From Azolla caroliniana (lineage: Eukaryota > Plantae > Polypodiophyta): a stretch of 64,000 nucleotides of DNA. The notes beneath the pieces were generated by a model. That model did no database searches and was not told where the DNA came from. It saw only the letters and a list, made by a program, of their open reading frames with translations. How positions within the stretch are numbered: the first letter of the stretch is position 1; the number at the start of each line of letters is the position of its first letter. Position numbers and translations under genes: made by a program. The stretch is from NCBI GenBank assembly GCA_043228905.1, contig JBHGNT010000001.1, forward strand, positions 22,754,001 through 22,818,000, written 5' to 3'. Of the stretch, positions 24,801-38,900 are shown piece by piece.

Positions 24801-25365
24801 GAACTGGTCAGAGAAGTACTCCTTCCCAACAGCAGACCTTAGGCACTTGATCTTTTGCATAGTTTTCCTATCTGCAAGGCTCTTCACCTTTAGGAAACAC
24901 ACAAAGACTTCGCTCTTTTTCGCAATCAAGTATGCCCAAGTGTGCCGAGTAATGTCATCGATGAAGGTTACGAAGTAGCAGCTTCCTCCGATCCTCACGT
25001 TCTGTGCCAGTTCCCATACATCCGAATGGATCACATCGAGTGGATTTCAACTCCGATTACGGTTGTACGGGAATGGAAATCGGTGTTGCTTCCCGAGCTG
25101 GCAGGCTTCGCAGACTTGGCCGTTCATGAAGCCGTGGGAAGTTAACATGATCGAACCGCTTGTGCCATAGGTCGATATCTGACTCGACCTTCTGTCCTTT
25201 CGCGAACAATGCAATTCCGACTTCATTGGTGTTGAGGATGAACATCCTCCCTTCTTGACGCCCTTGCGCAATGACTTTGCCCTCTTCTTCGATGTAGCAA
25301 CCGAGATGCGTGAATCGAACTTGAATCCCCTAGTCGACAATCTGTCCGACCGACACCAGTTTCTT

Positions 25366-28300
25366 TGTTGAGAGACAAGCTCAACATCAGCCGGATCGGC
25401 TGAAGAAGCCGAGGACCGGATCGGTTGGGACCGATCAGTTAGGCCGAGTGCGTAAACCGGGAGGTCGTTAGGAAAGATATTCCGTGAGGAATATATTTGG
25501 GAGTTAGTGTAGGGGCTCTTGATGAGCATTGAAGTACTGTTAGTACTTCGGTCAGTCCTTTTAGGACTTGTATAAAAGTGCTCACTAAGCACGTCTTATG
25601 TACAGAGATTGAGTATTATTGTTGAATATAGTTTTTTGTGTTTCTCTCACTGTCTCTCCCGCGTATACCGTGTAAGCCTAAGCTCTCCATTGAACCTGAG
25701 TTTCCTTCCTCTGTTCTGTCTTCATACTTGCTTCCGCACGCTACTTTCTACATGGTATCAGAGCGCGAGGGTTGAGAACCTCTCTGCAACCGACACAGCT
25801 TGACGAAGAAGAACAAGAAGAACGATGGATAGAGGCATGGCGAGCTCGCTTCCAACAGAGAAGCTCGACAGAACCAACTATGCGTCTTGGTCCTACAAGA
25901 TGCACCAGTACCTACTCGGGCATGGCTACTGGAGTTATGTCGAAGGAGCTAATGACGCGGCACCCGAATCGACACACAGAGACTTCCCGTCGTGGGAGCA
26001 ATCGGCGAGCAGGGTACTATACTGCTTCGCGTCGTGTGTGGGCGAACAACTATTGAGCTATGTTCGGGATGCAAAGACGTCGAAGGGTGCGTGGGAAAAT
26101 CTGAAGAAGATTTTCGCCGCGAGCACCACAGCCAGGAAGCTTTAGCTCCGACAGGAGTTGAGCAACCTACGACAACGCGACTTGTCGGTGGCGGACTATA
26201 CCTCGAAGATCAAGGATATCTGCGACTCCCTCGCCTCCATAGAGGTGAACATCGAGGAGAGCGAGATGGTCCAGATCTGTCTCAGAGGTTTGGCGTCGAA
26301 GTTCGGAGCGTTCAGAACGGCTGTGTGTACCCGGGAGAATACATCATCCTTTTTCGACTTACAGTCGATGCTCCTGGTAGAGGAGAACCACGCGGGTGCG
26401 TCTACAAGCACGCACACCGACAACAGAATGCTGTACACGGAGAGAGATAGGCCCCGTGGACGTGGAGGACAAGGCGAGTCGGCACGCAATGGAGGCGGCC
26501 GACGAGATCAAGAAAGAAGGCACCGAAGTGATGCCGACAGCAACTCCGGACCCTCTGGAAACAGGGGGAGTCGAAGCGATGAGAACCGGCAAGGGAAGTC
26601 CATCACGGAGTGCTGGTACTGTGGCAAGAAAGGCCACAGGGAAAGTGAGTGTTGGAAGAAGCGCGCCGATTCGGAGAGAACTGGTTCCGAGAACGGCTCC
26701 AAACATACCGACAAGGGAAATCGGCAACGATCGCACTACGCTGAAGACTCCGGGAGAGCCGGAGAAGGGTCTGTCTTCGTGACCAGACACGAAGCAAACT
26801 CAATGAAACAGAGCACCCCGAGATCGGACGAGGTGTGGTACATAGACTCCGGCGCGTCAAACCACATGACGAGCCATAAGGAATGGTTCTCGTACCTTGA
26901 AAAACCGATACAACCTGGAGTAGTCGCAATAGGAGACGACACTCCGCATCCGATCGCGAATGTCGAAGAAGTTCCCCTTAGCCATGTCGGGCAGAAAGGG
27001 AAACTCAAGAACGTGCTACACGTTCCGACAATGACGAAGAACTTGGTCTCGGTCGGACAGATCGTCGACCAAGGGATGGAGGTTCGGTTTACACACCTCG
27101 GGTGCTTCATTGAGGAAGAAGGCCATGTGATTGCGCAAGGGCGCAGAGACGGGAGGATGTTCATCCTTGACTCCACTGACGGCGGCACCGCAATGTTCGC
27201 GAAGGGACAAAAGACCGAGTCGTACATCGACTTGTGGCACAAGCGGATAGGCCATGTCAACCACCAATGGCTTCAAGATCTGCAATCGAAACAGGTAGTG
27301 TTCGGATTGCCCAAATTTAGTGGCCGAAAGGCACAAATTTGTGAAGCCTACCAGCTCAGGAAGCAACACCGACTTCCTTTCCCCAACGAGCGAAACCGGA
27401 GCTGGAACAAGCTCGACCTTATACACTCCGATGTGTGGGGGCCGGCACAAAACGTTAGTCTTGGCGGGAGCCGATATTTCGTCTCCTTCATCGACGACCA
27501 CACGCGGCACACATGGATCTACCTCATTGAGAGGAAGAGCGAAGTCTTCGACTGTTTCCGGCACCTCAAAGGGTTCGTGGAAGCCGAAACGGGACGAAAG
27601 ATCAAGTGTCTGTGGTCGGATGGCGGGAAAGAGTACTTTTTCGGTCAATTCAACGGTTACCTACAACAAATGGGAATTCGCTGCGAATTCAGTTGTAGAT
27701 ACACGCCGGAGCAGAACGGCGTGGCCGAGAGAAAGAATCGGTCGATTGTGGAAGCGGCACGGGCAATGCTGGAGGAGAAGAGCTTGCCCAAGTTCTACTG
27801 GGCCGAGACGGTAAGGACCGCGGTATACATCCAAAACCAGATCGGAGACAAAGTGTCGGCACACGAGCTATATTTCGGAACAAAGCCGAACTTGCGACAC
27901 TTGAGGGTGTTCGGTAGCATTGCGTATGTGCATGTACCGAAGGAGAAAAGGAGGAAGTTGGACGCAAAGGCCGAGAAATGCATCTTGGTCGGTTACTCGG
28001 ACGAGCAGAAGGGTTATAAGTGCTATAACCCTCGCACCAAACAAGCGCGTGTCAACCGTGACGTTGTGTTTGACGAGTCCGCGTCCTCGTACCTGCCCCC
28101 GACTACGAACCTCAACTCCAATCCGAGCTCTGACGATGCGGTCAGCGAGGCCGAGATGCCTCCGGATGAGCCCAAAATCGAGACCCTCGAAGAGAGTCCG
28201 ATTTCACTCCGGTTAAGTGGACCGATTGGACGACTGAGCCGATACGACCAGTCCGATGAAGACCCGGCGAGTAGTGGAGACTCGGCCGTGCATTCCCCGC

Positions 28301-31023
28301 GCAGGAAGCCGAGGAGACGGCTTACGCACAAAGAGAAAGGGAAGAAGAAGGTGTCAGATTCCGGCACGGAAAGGAACGAGTCAGACCGACGCGAGTCTGA
28401 CTCCGAGGGAACCGATGACAGGTCTTTAAAGATGAGGACCGTGTCGACTGAGAAGGCCTCGACATCGGCTAATGTGAGATTACGCCGATCTACCCGCCAG
28501 AAGAACCCAGTTGTGCGGTTCGGATACAACGAGTACATGGCGCATCATTATGCGTACATGACCCGTGTAGCGGAAGTGCGTGAGCCAGAGAGCTACGCAG
28601 AAGCGGCGAAGGACGCGAATTGGCGCGCCGCGATGAAGGAAGAGATGCACGCATTGGCGGAGAACGAGACCTGGAACCTAGTTGACGCACCGAAGGGTGT
28701 GAAGCCGATCGGGTGCAAATGGGTGTACAAAGTCAAGTACAACACCAATGGCTCGGTCAACCGGTACAAGGCTCTGCTAGTTGCAAAGGGCTACGCGCAG
28801 AAGCACAACATCAACTACGATGAGACGTTTGCACCAGTCGCGAAAATGACGACCGTCCGTGTTTTGCTCGCAGTAGCTGCGGCGAAGGGGTGGCACTTAC
28901 ATCAGATGGATGTAAAGAATGTGTTCCTGCAAGGTGACCTTGAGGAACAGGTGTACATGGTACAACCCTCCGGATTTCACTCTGGAACAAACTCCTCGGC
29001 AGTATGCCGACTGAAGAAGTTCCTTTACGGATTGAAGCAAGCCCCGCGTGCCTGGAACGCGAAGATCACGCAACAACTGCGTCGGATGGGCTTCGTCACG
29101 TCAAAATCGGACTCTTCCCTGTTCATCCGGAAAGGTCGACTCGGACCGGTTAGTATTTTAATATATGTTGATGACTTGGTCATCACCGGCGCCGACCTAG
29201 GTGAAATCAACCGCGTGAAGCTCCAACTTGCGGCATCGTTCGACATGAAGGATCTGGGAGACCTTCATTACTTCCTCGGGATCGAAGTGATCCGTACCCC
29301 CGAAGGCATATTGATCAGCCAACGTCATTACGTGCTAAGTATGCTCTTCAAACTCGGGATGGCCGACTGTAAGTCCATCTCGACTCCTCTGGATAGAACC
29401 GTCAAGCTTCGTCCTAATACGGGAAAGGTATGCGACCCGACGAGGTTCCAACAAATTGTCGGTAGCCTTATATACTTGACCATCACCCGACCCGACCTCA
29501 GTTATCCGGTCGGGGTGATCAGTCAGTTCATGGCGCGACCTACCGAGGAGCACCTTCACTGTGCGCAACGCATACTTCGGTATGTCAACGGCACTAAGGA
29601 CCGGGGACTGTTATATCGGACCGGTGCAACCACGCGGTTAGTCGGCTACACCGATGCTGATTGGGCTGGCAACGCCGCCGATCGCCGATCCACGTCCGGA
29701 TACGCGTTCTCCCTCGGGAGTGCCGCGATCGCGTGGAGCAGTAAGAAGCAGCCGACAGTTGCTCTGTCGAGCACCGAAGCTGAGTACCGAGGAGCGGCTG
29801 TCGCGACATGCGAAGCCATATGGTTGAAGCGGTTACTTAAGGACCTGCAAGAGGAGGTGTCAGATCCGACAACGATCTACTGCGACAACCTCAGCAACAT
29901 CCAGCTCACGAAAAACCCCGTTTTGCATGCACGGACCAAGCACATTGAGGTGCACTACCATTTCGTCCGTGAGCGTGTCCTTTTCGGTAAAGTCGAACTT
30001 CAGTACGTTCCGACGGATCGGCCGGCTGCCGACATCTTCACCAAGCCTCTTGGTCTGGACAAGTTGCGGCAGTTCTCAGGTGCGCTCGGATTGCGTCACC
30101 TTGACGTGCCGAACTTGAGGGGGAGAACAGTCCCAAACGACCAAGCAAGGCAGCAGGAAAGGAGCGGACACCGCGACACCGAGTCGGTTGACAAGTTCGA
30201 CATTGGATCGGCTGAAGAAGCCGAGGGCGGACCTGCGGAAAAGTTCGGAAGCAGACAGAAGGGGAGCAACCGAAGGAGAGAGCTGAAGCCGACCACGCAT
30301 TGGGAAGATGACGCCATCGAGGGCGAGAAGACCGAAGACGAGTTGGAGACAGCCAACTCGGACGAGAGCGAAGACCGATCGGAGGTAGCCGAGTCGGTTC
30401 GGATGTTTGATTCAGACACACTGAATCAACCGAGGCCCAAGCGGAAGAAAAGGCAGCAGAAGAAGCGTCAACACCGCAACAACAGAAGAGCTGATGAGGG
30501 CCACATGAGCAGACAAGCCGACCGGAAGGGTCGAAGCGCGCGAAGTCGAACAGGTCGAGGAGCGCGAGCGAGGCGAGAAGCTAGGAGGAACCGGTGCTAT
30601 GAAGATCCTGAAGAGCCTCAAGTTGAGCTTGAGGGGGAGTGTTGAGAGACAAGCTGCACATTGGCCGGATCGGCTGAAGAAGCCGAGGACCGGATCGGTT
30701 GGGACCGATCGGTTAGGCCGAGTGCGTAAACCGGGAGGTCGTTAGGAAAGATATTCCGTGAGGAATATATTTGGGAGTTAGTGTAGGGCTCTTGATGAGC
30801 ATTGAAGTACTGTCAGTACTTTGGTCAGTCCTTTTAGGACTTGTATAAAAGTGCTCACTGAGCACGTCTTATGTACAGAGATTGAGTATTATTGTTGAAT
30901 ATAGTTTTTTGTGTTTCTCTCTGTCTCTCCCGCGTATACCGTGTAAGCCTAAGCTCTCCATTGAACCTGAGTTTCCTTCCTCTATTCTATCTTCATACTT
31001 GCTTCCGCACGCTACTTTCTACA
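25366..31023 (+). mobile_element. Copia B3, near-intact
   Basis: TSD TTCTT; LTRs 25366-25752 and 30640-31023 (roughly 97% identical by eye); PBS tggtatcagagc 25753-25764; PPT gagggggag 30631-30639. Confidence 0.97.
25825..30645 (+). pseudogene. B3 gag-pol polyprotein (Gag, CCHC, PR, GAG-pre, INT, RT, RNase H, C-terminal tail) with one in-frame stop at 26143-26145
   Basis: Motifs CWYCGKKGHRESEC, WYIDSGASNH, HSDVWGP, IYVDDL, YTDADWAG, RTKHIEVHYHFVRE, ADIFTKPL. Confidence 0.95.
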
Positions 31024-34000
31024 TTCTTCGTTATCATCGAGACATGTAGCACATTCATGAGTTTCCCTTTCTACCCGATTTGGTTGAGGGGAACTTCACC
31101 AAAATGTTCGATGGTATGCGGAGTGTCATGTCCAGTTTCGACCACTCCTTGTTTTTCCGGTTTCTCCAAGTACGAGAACCATTCCTTGTGACTCGTCATA
31201 TGATTTGACGCTCCGGAGTCAACATACAACACCTCGTTCGGTTTTAAGGTTTTCACCGCCATCGAATTGGCCTTGTGCTTCATTACGAAGGCTGGGCCCA
31301 ATCCATTTTCGGCTCATTCGGAGCCATCGGCATAGTGCGATCGTTGCCGATTTCCTTGTTTGGTTCACTTGGATCCGGATGCGGTTTTCTCCGAATCGGC
31401 ACATTTCTTCCAACACTCACTCTCCTTATGGCCTTTCTTGCCACAGTACCAACATTTTGCGGATGGTTTTCCTTGCTGGTTTCTAGTGGCGCTTCCACTC
31501 CCCCTGCTTCTAGAGGGTTCGGAACTACTGTTGGCATTACGACCATGCCTTCCATCTTGCTCCTATCGGCCGCTTCCATTGCGCGCCGATTCGCCTCGTC
31601 CGCCAAGACCACGGGGCCTATCTTCCTCCGTGTACAACATCTTGTTGTCGGCGTGCATACTCACTGATGCACTTGCGTGGTTCTCCTCTAATAGGAGCAT
31701 CGACTGTAAGTCGAAAAACGACGGCGTATTCTCATTCGTACAGACCGCAGTTTGGAAAGCTCTGAACTTCGACACTAACCCTCTGAGGCAGACCTACACC
31801 ATTTCATCTGACGTGAAATATGCGGAATATTACTCGCCCATAACCGAGTCTCAAATCGTGTCGTCTAGAATCGAACACCGAGAATGGGAATGGAGGTGAA
31901 TACATGTACACACAGACAATATGAGAGAGGGTACAGAGTATGTTTGTGTGGAAAACACTAAATGGGAAAAACCACGGGAGTCCACAAACTCCAACTATCA
32001 CTATGTCAAGAGGAATACAACAAGGGGCACGGAGGCAATGACCTCATGCTCACACTCTTCGCCTGACGGCGGTTACAATAGAGAATCACTCTGTATCTCT
32101 CTCTCTCTCTCTCGGCTACACTCTGTACAACAATTACACCAATAACTCTATACAAAATAATGATAACTTCACCACTCAAGAGTTTGCCCTAGGTCATATT
32201 TATACTAAGATGACTTTCGGGCTATTTACAAATATAGCCCCAGTGGGCCCTCTAGAACATATTTACATATATGTCCCTTCATCCGGTGAGAGGTTCTCAC
32301 CGGGTTTTCCGTTGTCGGGTACTCATCATCCGATTCTCACGGGTCTTCCGTTGCCAGTTACACATATCCCATCCGGAGGGACTGAAGTCCTAACAAACTC
32401 CCCCTTCACTCCGGCATGGGATGCTTCGTCAATCCGATCCTCTTCATGCATGCATCTAGCTTGTTGGGTGTCAACACTTTGGTCAACATATTTGACCCGT
32501 TCTCCTCCGTGTGGATTTTCGTTAGCACAAACTCCTGATCTTCTACTCGCTCCCGGATCCAGTGGTACCTCCGCTGAATGTGCTTCATCCTGGAATGATA
32601 CGCTACATTCTTTGCAAGGTGGATGACACTTTGACTGTCGCAATAGAGCCGATATTCCTCTTGCCGAATCCCTAGCTCTTCGATGAAGTCCTTCATCCAT
32701 AGTATTTCCTTGCCGGCTTCCATAGCTTCCATGTACTCCACTTCCGTGGTTGACAACGCAACCGTCTTATGCAGCCTCAATTGCCACGAAACAGCTCCCC
32801 CTGCATATGTCATGACATATCCAGATGTTGACCAGCTGGTATCCACATCAGCCGACATATCCGAATCAGTGAAACCGTCAAGTTGCGGTTTACCAGAGCC
32901 GAATCGGAGACACATAGTTGAGGTGCCTTTCAAGTACCGGAGTATCCATTTTACCGCATTCCAGTGCTCCTTGCCGGGATTGCTCATAAACCGGTTCAGC
33001 ACTCCGACTGCATATCCGAAATTCGGTCGGGTACACACCATTGCATACATTAAGCTCCCGACGACAGAGGCATATGGTATCTTCATCATATCTGCCTTCT
33101 CTGCCTTCGTCTTCGGGTTTTGCTTACCGGATAACCTGCAGTTTGCCGAGAGTGTCGATCCGGCCCGTTTTGCATTTGACATGTTGAACTGATGAAGAAC
33201 CTAACAGGAACTACACGCTCCCGATGAACAACACTCGGCCACAACAGAGTCTAAAATCAAACATAGAAAACGGATAATGAACGCACGACACAAAGGAGAG
33301 AAGAGTACACGGGATGTTTAACGTGGAAAACCCTGAGAGGGAAAAACCACGGGAGTTCACAAACTCCAAACTATCACTATATCACAATGATTACAACAGT
33401 GAGCTCACGGAGGCAACAACCTCGTGCTCACGATCTTCACCACAAGCGGCGGTTACAACAGAGGCAACGACCTCTTCCTCTCTTTCTCTCTCTCTGTACA
33501 CTGTTACGTGCTCTCTAGTCTTGCGCCAACAAGAATGACAACAACAACTACCATTAAGTTTGCCCTAAGTCATATTTATACTAATATGACTTTTCGGCTA
33601 TTTACAAATATAGCCCCAACGGACTCTCAGAAACATATTTACGAATATGTCCCTTCATCCGGTGAGCACTCCTCACCGGGCCTGCATCATCAGGCTCTTG
33701 CCGGTTACTCGTCATCCGGTTCTCACCGGGTCTTCCATTGTCGGGTGCTCCTCATCAGGTTCTCACTGGGTCTTCCATTGCCGGGTACTCCTCATCCGGT
33801 TCTCACCGGGTCTTCACCATCCGGCCCTTGCCGGGTACTCGTCATCCAATTCTGACCGGGTCTTCCATTGTCGGGTACTCCACATCCGGTTCTCTTCACT
33901 TCCCATCCGGAGGGACCTGTTTCCTAACAAACTCCCCCTTCACTCCGGCATGGGATGTCTCACTAGTCCGATCCGCTTCCGGCATGCATCCAGCTTGTCG

Positions 34001-35958
34001 GGTATCAATACTTTGGTCAGCATATCTGACCCGTTCTCGGCCATGTGGATCTTCATCAGCGCGAACTCCTGGTCATCTACTCTTTCCCGGATCCAGTGAT
34101 ACCTTCACTGGATATGCTTCGTCTGGGAATGGTAGGCCGCATTCTTAGCAAGGTGGATGGCACTTTGACTGTCGCAATAGAGCCGGTATTCATCTTGCCC
34201 GATACCGAGCTCTACGATGAAGTCCTTCATCCATAATATTTCCTTGCCGGCTTCCACAGCCGCCATGTACTCCGCCTCCGTGGTTGACAACCCAACCGTC
34301 TTCTGTAGCCTCAACTACCACGAAACAGCTCCCCTTGCATATGTCATTACATACCCGGATGTAGACCGGTTGGTATCCACATCAGCCGACATGTCCGAAT
34401 CGGTAAAACCGTCAACTTGAGGTTTACCGGAGCCGAACCGGAGACACATGTTCGAAGTGCCCTTCAAGTACCGGGGTATCCATTTTTCCGCGTTCCAGTG
34501 CTCCTTGCCGGGATTGCTCATAAACCGGCTCACCACTCCGACTGTGTATTCTATATCCGGTCGGGTACACACCATTGCATACATTAAGCTCCTGATGGCA
34601 GAGGCATATGGAACCTTCATTATATCAGCCTTCTCTGCTTTCGTCTTCAGGTTTTGCTTACCGGATAATCTGCAGTTTGCTGGGAGTGTCGATCCAACCG
34701 GTTTCGCTTCTAACATGTTGAACCGTTGAAACACCTTTGTCACGTACTTCTCCTGTGACAGCCACAATTGCTTCGTTCGCCGGTTCCGGATGATATGCAT
34801 CCCCAGCATCTGTCTTGCCGGACCCAAGTCTTTCATTGCGAAGGTTCGGTTGAGAGCCTTCTTCAGCATCCGTATTCTGGCTTGGTCCAGTCCGACGATC
34901 AACATGTCATCCACGTACAAAAGGAGTATCAGGAAGTCGCCTCCTTCGAACTTCTTCACAAACACGCAGTGATCGGCCTATGTCTTGTGGTACCCTTGAT
35001 CGGTCATGAGGAGTCGAACTTCCGGTAGCATTGTCGGGGAGCCTGCTTTAGTCCGTACAAGCTCTTCTTCAACCAGCATACCAGGTGCTCCTTCCCTTTC
35101 TCCACGAATCCTTCCGGTTGCAACATGTAGATCTCCTCTTCGAGGTCACCGTGAAGGAATGTCGCCTTCACGTCTAGCTGCTCTACCTCGAGGTCCATGC
35201 TTGCCACTATACTTAGCACCGTCCGGATGGAGGTCATCTTTACTACCGGGGCAAATATCTCGTAGAAGTCCACGCCCTTCTTTTGCTGGAACCCCTTGAC
35301 CACGATCCTGGCTTTGTATCTCGAGGGGTTGCCGGCATCTCTCAGTTTCAACTTGTACACCCACTTGTTTCGGAGTGCCCTCTTTGCTTTCGGTAACTCC
35401 ACCAATTCATATGTATGGTTCTCATGCAGGGAATCCATCACATCTTGCATGGCACTTAACCATTTGCAGCTATGGGCATCACTTTTAGCTTCCTCGAAGC
35501 TTTCTGGCTCTCCCTCATCGGTCAACAGCACATGCACTGCATCCGGAAATCTCTGGGGGCCCTTCTCTCTCTGAGAGGATATCTCCGTCTTTGGGCTTCG
35601 GTAACCGGCTCTTTCATTTTCTCTTCATCCGAATCTGATTCGGGGTCTTGGCCGGTTCCGGTTTTAGCTTCCTCTACTTCTCCTTCTACCGGTTCGGTAT
35701 CCTCACCGTAACCACCTGGTTCCTCGAGTGCTAACCGGCCTCTTGCCGGTTGGGTCTGCTCATCGTAGAATCGATCCTTACCGGTCGACTCGGAGTTCAT
35801 TATCTTCTTCACCGACTCCCAGTCGGTAAGCGTCTTGTCCTCCTTGGAGATAATATCTCAACTCCGGAATACCTTCTTGTCAGCCAGGTCCCACACTCGG
35901 TAGCCGAACTCATCGTCGCCGTAACCGAAGGAATATGCATCGTCGGGTCTTTGGATCA

Positions 35959-38900
35959 TGTTGGGATTACGGTCCCTTTCGGATGGGATGGTCGGATATC
36001 GGAGATGAATGCCGACAAGCCCGGTTTCGGTTTCGGAACCGGATGATGAAGACCCCGGCTTCGGAGCCGGATGACGAATGTACCCGGAGCGAGATCCGGA
36101 TGCGGGGACATATCTGTGAATATGTTTGCCAAGGGCCCTTGAGGCTATAGTTGTAAATAGCCCCAAAGTCATATGTGTATAAATATGACTTAGGGCAAAC
36201 AGTTTGAATGTTGCTACTCATTTTTCTGTTTTTCCACTCAAGAGGAGTGAAGAGAGAGCAGCCGTGAGAGAGATAGAGCGTGAGAGAGGAGGAGGTCGAC
36301 GCCTCTGTGTATTTCCGCCGCCTGTGGCGAGGACAGCGAGCTCAAGGTCGTCGCCTTGCAGCTCGCCATTGTATACTTCTCTGTGCATAGTTTTGGTTCG
36401 GAGTCTTGGACTCCCGTGGTTTTTCCCGTACAGGGTTTTCCACGTTAAATCGTGTGTCCTCTCTATTTTTAGCATTTCCTATTTTTTGCAACAACGATTC
36501 GTGTGTTTCCTTGGTTGTGGCCGAGAGGTGAAGTGTGGAAAGTGTCGATTGATTTTCCATCAATTTGGTATCAGAGCGAGCTGCTGCAGAAAATGGAAGG
36601 CGGCGGCAGCGGGCAGCCGGGGATGATGGTGCTGAATGCGCAGAATTACGCCGACTGGAAGATCAAGATGGAGGATCTTCTGATTGTTCGGGACCTGTAC
36701 GAACCGATTGACAGGTCGGAAATACCGAAGGGAGTACTTGAGTCGGAATGGAGGCTTCTGAACCGGAAAGCCGTAGCAACCATTCGGCAATACGTAGACG
36801 TGAGCGTTCTACAACATGTGGCGAACGACATCAACGCATATGAGATGTGGCGGAAGCTGTCGGGCCTCTACGAGAGGAAGAATGCGTTGAACCGGACCTC
36901 CCTGATGAGGAAGATAATGAACCTCAAGCACCGGGACGGCGAGAGTATGGTGGAACACGTAAGCACGTTCATGGGATTCGTGAACCAGCTTGCGGCGATC
37001 AAGTTCCCGCTGGAGGATGCAATGCAAGCCATCATTCTGATGTGTACATTGCCGGAAAGCTGGGAGAACTTGGTGGTGAATCTCAGCACCTCCTGCACGG
37101 AAGATAACTTGTCCCTACAAACGGTAAAGACAAGTATTTTGAACGAAGAAGCGCGTCGGAGAGATAAAGAACCGGCCTCCGATCCGAAGATGTTGCTTAC
37201 CGAATCGGATCGGGGAAGACAATGGAACCGGAGTCCGCAAAGACGGGAGAAGTCGGGGACCCGGTCCCAGTCAAGAGGAAGACCCACATGCTTCCACTGT
37301 GGGAAGCCGGGGCACTTCCGGAAGAATTGTCGGCATTACCGAAAGGACAACGGAGCCGACGACACCGATTCGAAGAAGTCACCGGAGAGAAACGGTGCAT
37401 ACCGGGGAGCCACGGACCGGAGAGGTCCGGATCGGCGAGGGCAGGACCGAAAAGGAACGACGGCACTCGCGGCAAGTGAGGAAGAAATCATGCTCATCAC
37501 CGAAGAAGGTGAGCTAAACATTGCCGGCGATGAGACGACCTGGGTGGTCGATTCCGGAGCGTCGTTCCACCTGACCCCGGAAAGAAGATACTTCTCATCC
37601 TACACAGCCGGTGAGCATGGCTGTGTTCGGATGGGAAATGAAGGTACGTGCCGGATCGCCGGCATAGGAGACGTGTGGTTGACAACCTCGACCGGATGTA
37701 AAATGCTGCTGAAGGATGTTCGACACGTTCCGGAGGTTCGATTGAACCTGATTTCGGCCGGGAGGCTAGATGATGAAGGCTACACAGGTAGCATCCGGAA
37801 CGGCGTAATGAAGTTCAGCAAGGGGAGCCTGATAGTGGCTCGGGCCCGAAAAGTCAACACACTGTACCTGATGAATGCCCGGTTATGTCCGGAAGAGCTG
37901 AATGTGGCAGCCGACACTGCCGGTGAGCTGTGGCACAAAAGACTGTGCCACATGAGTGAGAAGGGGATGAAGAGGCTTGCTGAAGACAACCTTATTCCAG
38001 TGAAGCATGTGCACCTGGAGAAGTGCACCGATTGCCTGGCCGGTAAGCAGAACCGAACCTCCTTCCACTCAAGGCCACCGACGAGACGTAGCGCACCATT
38101 GGAGTTGGTGCACACCGATGTGTGTCAGGTAGAAACGAAGTCACATGGCAGAGCCCAGTACTTCGTAACTTTCATAGATGATCATAGCCGAAGACTGTGG
38201 ACGGCACCGATGAAGACAAAGGACCAAGTGTTGTCCGTCTTCAAAGAACTCCACGCGAGAGTGGAAAGAGAATCCGGCAAGAAGCTGAAAGCGATACGAG
38301 CGGATAACGGAGGGGAATACCGGGGACAGTTCCAGGAGTACTGTCGCTCGAAGGGAATCCGGCTCGAGTTTACTGTGCCGAAGACGCCGGAACTGAACGG
38401 GCTGGCCGAGAGGATGAACCGGACCATAATGGAGAGGGTCCGGAGTATGCTGGCGCATGCGAAATTACCCAAGGGGTTTTGGGCTGAGGCAATGTCGACG
38501 GCGACATATGTGATAAACCGATCACCCTCAGTACCTTTGGACGGAGACACGCCGCAGAGAGTGTGGACCGGTAGGGAAGTATCCTACCGGCATCTGAAGG
38601 TGTTCGGGTGTCTCGCATACGTGCATGTGGCAAAGGACCGGAGAGGAAACCTAGATCCAAAGACCCGGCCATGCATATTCCTCGGTTACGGCGATGACGA
38701 GTTCGGCTACCGAGTATGGGACCCGGTCGACAAGAAGATATTCCGGAGTCGTGATATCATCTTCATGGAGAACAAGACACTCGCCGACTGGGAGTCGGAG
38801 AAGAAGATGAAGAGCTCCAAGTCGACCGGTGAGGATCAACTCTACGAGGAGCAGTCCCGACCGGCAAGGGACCGGTTAGCACTCGAGGATCCGGCCGAAG

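Noticed and set aside
26143-26145. In-frame TAG in B3 gag as a regulated stop
   Set aside because: B1 and B2 have Gln at this codon (RKLQ); it is a simple C>T mutation.
26196-30621. Many antisense and alternative-frame ORFs over pol genes, here and throughout the window
   Set aside because: They are shadows of GC-rich retroelement coding frames.
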